From NCBI GenBank assembly GCA_036676495.1, contig JAKFCT010000029.1, forward strand, positions 80,051-144,050: a stretch of DNA of 64,000 nt, read 5' to 3'. The notes beneath the pieces were generated by a model. The model searched no databases, was not told the DNA's origin, and was given only the letters and a program-made list of their open reading frames with translations. Below are positions 57,635-64,000 of the stretch, in pieces (the first letter of the stretch is position 1; the number at the start of each line of letters is the position of its first letter). The position numbers were made by a program, and so were the translations under genes. The stretch comes from Candidatus Sericytochromatia bacterium (GTDB lineage Bacteria; Cyanobacteriota; Sericytochromatia; S15B-MN24; UBA4093).

Positions 57635-58588
57635 TCACTTGGCGCTCGGCATCGCGACGTTGCGCGCATAGGCCCGGCCGAAGAGCGGGAAACTGACGAT
57701 CCGGCCCCCGTAGCGCTGGGACGGAACGACCACGGCCTCGACCAAGAGCGGTGAGATCGGGGTCAGGTCCGACCAGGGATGGTGCTGTACGATCCGGAAC
57801 AGGCCGTTGGCGAACTTCGGCTCCTTGTTGACCGTCGAGAAGAGCTTCCTGATCTGCCATTTACCGTTGACGAGCGACTTGTCCGCCTTCTGAATCGTCC
57901 CCGTGCCGTCGGGACCCGCCACGATCGTCAGGGCCCGGGTGTCGAGCTTGTCCTTCTGGGCCGGGAACTCCTCGTTCATGACATGCCAGGTATCCGCGCT
58001 CGTATCGATCGCGGGATCGTCGTTGGGCAGGAACTGAAAGCGGTAGACGTGGTGCAGTTCATCCGGCGTGTCCTCTTCCTCGACGGCGAAGAAGATCACG
58101 TACGTGGGGCGCGTCAGGCCGCCTTCCGTGAGGCTGGCGAGGGCCAGCGTGGACCAGGCTTCATCCGGGGCGCCTTTCAGACGCTTGTCGAGGTTGCGCT
58201 CTCCCAGGCCGTCGATCCCGGCGACGCTTTTGACGGCGCTATCCTTGATGGCCGTCTCGGCGGCCGCGGCGAAGACCTTGGAGGTCACCGCCGGGATCTC
58301 CTGCGTGAGCGGGTACGGCCTCACGACGCTGTAGCCGGGGATCGCATCCGTGTAGATCCGGACGTCGAGCTTGGTCCAGTGATAGATGTAGCTGGCCTCC
58401 TGCACGTCGTTCATGATATGGGTCAAGGCCTGCTGGGCCTGCATCGAGAGGCTGCGCTGGATCCGGGTCACCGAGGTGGTTTGCTGCCAGCGGGTGAGCA
58501 AGAAGACGATCGAGCCCAGGATCAGGGAAAAGGCGAAGACCCCGACCATCATCTCGGAGAGCGAGTAACCGCGCTCATGCCGTCTCAA
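57635..58588 (-). CDS. Type IV minor pilin (PilW-like)
   Basis: Prepilin motif ERG|YSLSEMMVG; ALTHIMNDVQEA. Confidence 0.8.
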   Translation of the reverse strand: MRRHERGYSLSEMMVGVFAFSLILGSIVFLLTRWQQTTSVTRIQRSLSMQAQQALTHIMNDVQEASYIYHWTKLDVRIYTDAIPGYSVVRPYPLTQEIPAVTSKVFAAAAETAIKDSAVKSVAGIDGLGERNLDKRLKGAPDEAWSTLALASLTEGGLTRPTYVIFFAVEEEDTPDELHHVYRFQFLPNDDPAIDTSADTWHVMNEEFPAQKDKLDTRALTIVAGPDGTGTIQKADKSLVNGKWQIRKLFSTVNKEPKFANGLFRIVQHHPWSDLTPISPLLVEAVVVPSQRYGGRIVSFPLFGRAYARNVAMPSAK

Positions 58589-59358
58589 AGCTGGACCCTC
58601 CCGGTCAGCACCCCGTAGGCCTGGGCGATCTCCGTGTTCGGGTGAATCTGATCGTAGACCCGGACGATCAGGACCTTCGAGGCGTAGTGATAGTAGCCCT
58701 CGTAGGTGAACGGGCGCATGTTGTTCGCCCAGCCGGCCGGCGTATGCGAGGGGCTGGAGTCCGCGATGAAGGGATTGAAGGCCCAGTCCTCGTTCTGAGC
58801 GGCCTTGGTCGCGCGCGGGGAGTTCGTCAGGACGTCCCAGTAGAGCTGGTTGTAAAAGTTCGGGGTCGGCTTGGCCGTCAACGTGATCAGCTCACCGAGG
58901 GACTCCGGGCGGATCCGGGGGTCGATGCCGAGGAGCTGGTAGCGCAGGGTGTAGACGGCAGGGGCTCCGGCCCCGACCTCGGATCCCAGGGAGGTTCGCT
59001 TCTGGTCGGCTTTGAAGAGCGGATGCGTCAGGTTGAGCGCCGTCTTGGCACCGTGATCGACGTCGAGCGGGAAGTTGTGGAAGTAGTACTGCGAGATCAG
59101 ATAGCCCAGGTGATCGGTCATGACGTAGGTGCGGGCGCGTCCCTGGTCGTCGCTCGCCAAGCTGTTCTCGACGGCATGGCGCGCCAGGACCTCGTCGACC
59201 TCGGACTGCGCCAGCTGCTGGGCGCGGAGCAGCTTCTGATTGCGGACATCCGTGTCGGTATAGCGGGCGAGCACGCCCACGGACGCCGAAAGCACCACGG
59301 CCACGATGCCCGCGGTGACGACGGTCTCCATGATGGTGAAGCCGCGCTGCTCCGTCAC
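58585..59358 (-). CDS. Type IV minor pilin (PilV-like)
   Basis: Prepilin motif QRG|FTIMETVV; AQQLAQSEVDE. GTG start after GGAGGGAGG. Confidence 0.8.
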   Translation of the reverse strand: MTEQRGFTIMETVVTAGIVAVVLSASVGVLARYTDTDVRNQKLLRAQQLAQSEVDEVLARHAVENSLASDDQGRARTYVMTDHLGYLISQYYFHNFPLDVDHGAKTALNLTHPLFKADQKRTSLGSEVGAGAPAVYTLRYQLLGIDPRIRPESLGELITLTAKPTPNFYNQLYWDVLTNSPRATKAAQNEDWAFNPFIADSSPSHTPAGWANNMRPFTYEGYYHYASKVLIVRVYDQIHPNTEIAQAYGVLTGRVQL

Positions 59359-59567
59359 GTTCCTCCCTCCGGGGGCCGAAAGTCTGTCTCCCAGCTGGCA
59401 AGCCTATTCTTCCCGCCCTCCGGGGGATCTAAACGACGGGGGCTCCTTCGGAACTTGCGTTAGGCAGGCGAGGGCAAGGGTACAATGTGCAGGGTCGTCC
59501 ATGGTCCCCGAGCCCCGGTCCCCCTCTCGAACCCTCATCCGATGGCCGGGTCTGGAAAGGAGAATCT

Positions 59568-61139
59568 GTGAGTCGGTTGCTCCTCGCGATCGTCGCCGTG
59601 GCCTCGCTGACGTTCTCCTCATGGTCAGCTCCTCCGGCCGTCGCCGCCCCCGCCCTCACCGAGCAGGACAAGGAACTCCTCGCAGGACTCGCCGAGGCCT
59701 ACCATCTCTCCCAGGAGAAAGGCGGCAAGGTCTGGCCGGGGTTCGACCTTCACAAGCGGCCGCTCATCCTCTTCGATCGCAATCGCATCGCCTTCCTGAT
59801 CAACCACCCCAAGCCGCCCCAAGGCTTCGTGAAGTACACCCAGGCGACGCCCTTGCCCCTGAAGGCTCCGATCTACGTCCGCTACGGGCGATCGCCCGAG
59901 TTCGAGCAGGCCAGCACCCTGGGAATCGCCCTGAACGGCGTGCCGACCACCCTGCTGCCGTATCCGTTCTTCTTCTACGACGGGACCGTCACCTCGCGGG
60001 ACTTCGTCTCCGCGGTCTTCGCCAGCTACATCCAGCATGGCTTCCGCCAGTTCGTCTCCTACCAGAAGCGCTCGGATGAACGTTTCAACGCCTATCCGAC
60101 CGAGAACGTCCCGAACATGGCCATGGCGGACCTCGAGAACAAGATGCTCGCCGTGGCCCTGCAGGCCGAGAGCCTGGAACTGGCCAAGCGCAACGCCCTG
60201 TGGTTCGTGGCCATGCGCCGCGAGCGCCAAGAGAAGCTAGGCAAGCCCCATGGCGCCTACGAGGACCAGGCCGAGGCGATCGAGGGAGCGACCCGGTTCG
60301 CCGAGATCATGTTCGCGGCGGCCGGCAGCACCGATTACAAGCCCCTCAAGTCCCCCTTCCTGAAAGCCTCCGGCTATGCCAAGGAGAGCGAGCTGGTCCG
60401 CCAGATCTCGGGCCTGCTCCACCAGACCGTCGACCCCAACTCGGTCAGGCGCGATCGCTTCTCGCTGACGGGCTCGGCCATGGCCCTCCTGCTCGATCGC
60501 TTCGGCGCCGAGGGCTGGCGCCAGCAACTGACCTCGGGGGGAGAGTCGATGGACGATCTCCTGGCCCGCGCCGTCGAGTACTCCGACACCCAGCGCGAGC
60601 GCTGGCTCACGGAGGGCCGCCGGGTCTACGCCTACGAGCGCACCCTGGCGAAGCTGGAGGACACGGTGGGCCGCATGCCGACCTCCCTCAAGACGTTCAA
60701 CGCCTCGAACGGAACCCGCTTCACCGTCACCTTGCATCCGGTGGAGAGCCTGGTGGAACTGGACTCCGAACCCAGCCGCTCCGGACGGGACGGCCTGGCG
60801 ATCGCCTCCTCGGCCTCCCCGGTCGAGATCGACGCCTGGACCCTTCTCGCCTTCAAGCTGGATGCCTTCGACTACAAGAAAGGCCCCCTCTCCCTCCTGG
60901 TCAAGGGGCGGCCGATCCTCATGCGCAGCACCGACCTCGCCTGGCCCTTCCAGAACGTCTCCTTCTACGCGGAGACCGCCAAGCTCAAGCTCACCGTCGA
61001 CGGCAAGGCCAGCCCCTTCCAGAAGGGATCCCGGGTCTTCACCCGGGGCCTGAAGATCGAGGCCGACGGCGTCACGCTCAAGGCCGGACGCGGCACCCTG
61101 GTCGTGGGAGACCGCGAGATCCAGGTCATCGGACGCTAA
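59568..61139 (+). CDS. Secreted hypothetical protein (possibly a degenerate gluzincin fold)
   Basis: GTG after GAAAGGAG, signal peptide, KVWPGF and AIEGATRFAE; no intact HExxH. Confidence 0.7.
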   Translation: MSRLLLAIVAVASLTFSSWSAPPAVAAPALTEQDKELLAGLAEAYHLSQEKGGKVWPGFDLHKRPLILFDRNRIAFLINHPKPPQGFVKYTQATPLPLKAPIYVRYGRSPEFEQASTLGIALNGVPTTLLPYPFFFYDGTVTSRDFVSAVFASYIQHGFRQFVSYQKRSDERFNAYPTENVPNMAMADLENKMLAVALQAESLELAKRNALWFVAMRRERQEKLGKPHGAYEDQAEAIEGATRFAEIMFAAAGSTDYKPLKSPFLKASGYAKESELVRQISGLLHQTVDPNSVRRDRFSLTGSAMALLLDRFGAEGWRQQLTSGGESMDDLLARAVEYSDTQRERWLTEGRRVYAYERTLAKLEDTVGRMPTSLKTFNASNGTRFTVTLHPVESLVELDSEPSRSGRDGLAIASSASPVEIDAWTLLAFKLDAFDYKKGPLSLLVKGRPILMRSTDLAWPFQNVSFYAETAKLKLTVDGKASPFQKGSRVFTRGLKIEADGVTLKAGRGTLVVGDREIQVIGR

Positions 61140-61277
61140 AACCCCGCTACCTTCCGGCACATGCCCTTGCAGGGCATGCGCATGCCCACGCGCCTCCATG
61201 CGCCCGATTCGTCGAAATGCCCAATGAGGCTCTGCCCTTCCCGTGTTCCCATGGAGGCCGGAGGGGAGGGTGAGGCG

Positions 61278-61619
61278 ATGGCGAGACCCCACGACGCGCT
61301 CGATACCCCGTGGCCGCTCATCTGCATCGGCCTGCTGGCGCTCTCCCTGCTGGGAATCGTCGGCAGCCTCGCCATGCTGAGCCAGGTCGGCGTGGAGGGA
61401 GGCTTCGCGATCTCGGCGCTCTCCTTCGGGGCCCTCGTCGTGGGCATTGCAGGCCTCCAATGGTGGGCGGTTCTTGCGGTCATGCGGAGTTCATTGCCCC
61501 CGGCCGAGCGAATTCTTTACCTGGGGCTGATTTTCCTCTTGGTCCCGGTGGGAGCTATCTTGTATTATTGGCTCAGAGTTCGATCCGCCACGTCCCCCCA
61601 GTCATCGCCCCGAGACTGA
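61278..61619 (+). CDS. Small membrane protein (PLDc_N-like C-terminus)
   Basis: Three hydrophobic segments ending ERILYLGLIFLLVPVGAILYY; G-rich RBS. Confidence 0.6.
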   Translation: MARPHDALDTPWPLICIGLLALSLLGIVGSLAMLSQVGVEGGFAISALSFGALVVGIAGLQWWAVLAVMRSSLPPAERILYLGLIFLLVPVGAILYYWLRVRSATSPQSSPRD

Positions 61620-61655
61620 ACTCCTCCCCCGGCCCCTGCCCGGGAGGGTCATGAG

Positions 61656-62918
61656 ATGCCACGCGCCACACGCCCAATCAAAAACCATCGTCGCAACGCC
61701 CTGCTTCTCGGGCTGCTCGCGCTCTTTCTGGGCGGGGTCTGGGGCGGCGTCGCCACGGGCCACCTCTCCCTCTCCTCGGCCGTCGCCTCGGGGCCGGAAG
61801 CGCTCGAACCGGCAACGCCCGAGGCCGTGACCCCCTCGCTCATGCCGAGCCTCGATCGCCCGATGACGCTCCTCATCATGGGGACCGACGCCGTGGGTTC
61901 GGACGGGCGCGCCTCCCTGGACGGCAACACCGACACCATGCTGCTCTTCCGCCTGGATCCCCGCGAGAACCGGATCCGGGTGGTGTCGATCCCCCGCGAC
62001 ACCCGCACCGCCATCGCGGGGCATCCGACCTTCAAGATCAACGCCGCCAACTCCTGGGGAGGCCCCGAGCTCGCCACCCGAACCGTCTCCGAGCTCTTGG
62101 GCGTGAAGGTCGATCGCTTCTTCCTGATGTCCCTGCAGGGCCTGGTCGCGGCGGTGGATGCCGTCGGCGGGGTGGACGCGGACGTCCCCAAGCGCCTGGT
62201 CTACTATGACCGGGCCGGGGGGCTCGCCATCAACCTCAAACCGGGCCGGCAGCACCTGGACGGCAAGGACGTGGAGGCGCTCCTGCGCTTTCGCCATGAC
62301 GACCTGGGAGACCTCGGACGGGTGCAGCGCCAGCAAGGCTTCCTCCTGGAGCTCGTCCCCCAGATGCTCCAGCCGGCCCACCTCCTGAAACTCCCCGTCC
62401 TGCTGGGCATCCTCCGCAACAATGCCGAGACCGACCTAACGCCCTACGAGATGCTCCAGATCGCCGGCTGGCTCCGGATGCTCGATTCGAAGACCGATCT
62501 GCAGTTGACCGTGCTGCCCGGGAAGGCCGGCGTGGTCGGCGGCGGCTGGTACTGGCTGCCGGATCCCCACGGCATCGACCCCTTCCTGGCCGCCCATTAC
62601 GGCAAGGAGCCGACCCGAGCCGACGCGCCCGCCGTCCCCAGTGTCACGGTGACGCGCCCCGAGGGCATCACCCAGCAGGCGTGGAAAGAGACCCTCGCCT
62701 CCCTGGAGGCCGCCGGGTATCAGGTGAAGGTGGACGATGCCCGGCCGATGGAGGCCGAAACCCAGGTGATCTCGCAGAAGGGCGATCCGGAAGGAGCCCA
62801 GCGGCTGGTGGAAACCCTGGGGTTCGGGCGCGTCCTGGTGGCGGGAGTCGGGGATCTGAAGACCGATTACACGATTCACCTCGGAGCGGACTGGCTGGCC
62901 TCCCGCCACCCCATGTAA
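61656..62918 (+). CDS. LCP (LytR-CpsA-Psr) family protein with LytR_C domain
   Basis: LLIMGTD, NTDTMLL, SIPRDT, KINAA, RFRHD..GD..RVQRQQ; C-terminal DYTIHLGADW. Confidence 0.93.
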   Translation: MPRATRPIKNHRRNALLLGLLALFLGGVWGGVATGHLSLSSAVASGPEALEPATPEAVTPSLMPSLDRPMTLLIMGTDAVGSDGRASLDGNTDTMLLFRLDPRENRIRVVSIPRDTRTAIAGHPTFKINAANSWGGPELATRTVSELLGVKVDRFFLMSLQGLVAAVDAVGGVDADVPKRLVYYDRAGGLAINLKPGRQHLDGKDVEALLRFRHDDLGDLGRVQRQQGFLLELVPQMLQPAHLLKLPVLLGILRNNAETDLTPYEMLQIAGWLRMLDSKTDLQLTVLPGKAGVVGGGWYWLPDPHGIDPFLAAHYGKEPTRADAPAVPSVTVTRPEGITQQAWKETLASLEAAGYQVKVDDARPMEAETQVISQKGDPEGAQRLVETLGFGRVLVAGVGDLKTDYTIHLGADWLASRHPM

Positions 62919-62940
62919 GGGGCGACGAGCCCCACCTTGT

Positions 62941-62981
62941 CTGGTCCCCCCCTTACGCCTGCGGCGTAAGGGGGGGACCAG
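62941..62981. terminator. Long hairpin between convergent genes
   Basis: CTGGTCCCCCCCTTACGCC-tgc-GGCGTAAGGGGGGGACCAG. Confidence 0.75.
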
Positions 62982-62991
62982 TTTCGGAAGC

Positions 62992-63291
62992 TTAGATCAT
63001 GATGTGGTTCTGCCAGACGGTGAAGGGATCCGAGCCCGACGCGGCAGCGGGCCGCTTGTTCTCGCTGGGACTTCTCCGGTAGATGGCTTCCAGCTGCCGC
63101 TGCTGCTCGCGCAGCCTCCGCAGCATGAAATCGAAGTAGTCCTGGAGCTCCCCGTACTCGGGATGCACCGAGATCTCGGTGAAGAAATTGGTCTCGCGGC
63201 AGCGCGAGATCACGCTCTTACGATGCTCGAAAGCCAGCTCTAGCAGGAGCATCGCTTCGGCTCGGCTGTAGATCGAGAACTGGTAAGTCAT
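62992..63291 (-). CDS. Small hypothetical protein
   Basis: 99-aa ORF with a purine-rich RBS, converging on the hairpin; no family recognised. Confidence 0.55.
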   Translation of the reverse strand: MTYQFSIYSRAEAMLLLELAFEHRKSVISRCRETNFFTEISVHPEYGELQDYFDFMLRRLREQQRQLEAIYRRSPSENKRPAAASGSDPFTVWQNHIMI

Positions 63292-63450
63292 CCCCGCCCC
63301 CCTTCTTCGTCGATTACCCGTTGCCCGTCATCGTAACGTTTCGCAACGAAGCATCTCACCTCCCCTGGAGGGCGTCAACAGCCATTCTGGGGCTGAGAAA
63401 CGAGCGCAGAGCGGCGCCCCGAGGGAAGAATACGGTCGAGGGGAGTTCCC

Positions 63451-63481
63451 AACAAAAAGCGTCCCCCTGACGGGGGACGCT
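63451..63481 (-). terminator. Rho-independent terminator
   Basis: Minus strand AGCGTCCCCC-gtca-GGGGGACGCT followed by TTTTGTT. Confidence 0.8.
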
Positions 63482-63516
63482 GAAGCGGTTGTCCTGCGCT
63501 GAAGCAGCGCCGGCGG

Positions 63517-63999
63517 CTAGTCGAGATAGAACGAGGTGACGACCTTGTGCTTCTCCTGGGCGTACTTCACCGACTCCTGGAGCGTGTGGCTGGAGTGGTA
63601 AAGGAAGCAGATCAGCTGCTGGCAGTTGTCGATGATCTCCTGGTTGCACATCTGCGACGCCTGGGCCAGCGTGAGGAGGCGGCGTTCGCCGTGCTCCCGA
63701 ACGTTGGGCAGGGTGCTCAGCAGCTCCTGGCTCTCAGCCGACTGCTGAGACAGGGTCTGCGGCAGCACCACGATCAGGTTGCCGGGATTGGCGCGCTGCA
63801 CACCCTTGATGACCGCGGAGTTGGTGCCGGCCGCGCCCGAGGTGAGCACGGTGTTGCCGGTCAGGGCCAGGGCGTAAGCGAGCATCTCGATCAGCTGCTG
63901 GTGGGTGAGGGAGATGTGGCGGGTCCCGAGGATCGCGACTTTCTTGGAGCCCGACGACTGGATCGTCATCAGCTCCTGCATCAGGGCGTCGACGGTCAC
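63517..63999 (-). CDS. SLOG/DprA-like Rossmann protein ('DNA recombination-mediator protein A', cyanobacterial type); the start may lie beyond the window
   Basis: SKKVAILGTRH...HQQLIEML.YAL...GN...TSGAAGTN, LPQTLSQQ, CNQEII, FLYHSSHTL. Confidence 0.8.
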   Translation of the reverse strand: MTVDALMQELMTIQSSGSKKVAILGTRHISLTHQQLIEMLAYALALTGNTVLTSGAAGTNSAVIKGVQRANPGNLIVVLPQTLSQQSAESQELLSTLPNVREHGERRLLTLAQASQMCNQEIIDNCQQLICFLYHSSHTLQESVKYAQEKHKVVTSFYLD

Positions 64000-64000
64000 G

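Overview
High-GC (roughly 68-70% by eye), gene-dense bacterial chromosomal segment. I found no rRNA, tRNA, CRISPR array, transposase or phage gene. Several genes look cyanobacterial (yggS-sepF-proC-yggT, Ycf46-like AAA ATPase, ABC1 kinase, SLH-anchored porin, 'DNA recombination-mediator A' SLOG protein), while maf-mreBCD-mrdA-minCDE-rodA has a Firmicutes-like order and no photosynthesis genes occur. A diderm, non-photosynthetic cyanobacterial relative such as Sericytochromatia is therefore plausible (inference). Contents in order: 5' part of mfd, a J-domain/TPR protein, an 8-gene exopolysaccharide operon, pirin, ALDH, TlpA, rocD, an FAD oxidoreductase, the division/PLP cluster, lipoproteins, the cell-shape operon, a phospholipase D, a solute symporter-histidine kinase fusion, M23-hemL-rseP, an SLH porin, a rhomboid, three type IV minor pilins and an LCP protein. 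Main leads: (1) the EPS operon pairs a non-phosphorylatable STAS protein with a co-polymerase carrying a degenerate sigma-70 region-2-like domain, a pseudo-nucleotidyltransferase-fused priming transferase and a half-size TolC in place of Wza; (2) a bipartite motif (AGCGCCnGCGGCT-N10-12-AGCGWAGCT) in three separate upstream regions, tandemly amplified at 33.1-33.3 kb; (3) a YRIQA motif shared by unrelated lipoproteins; (4) phased TTAA boxes plus a hairpin between convergent genes, suggesting a hidden sRNA. All family calls come from motif recognition by eye; no database searches were run.
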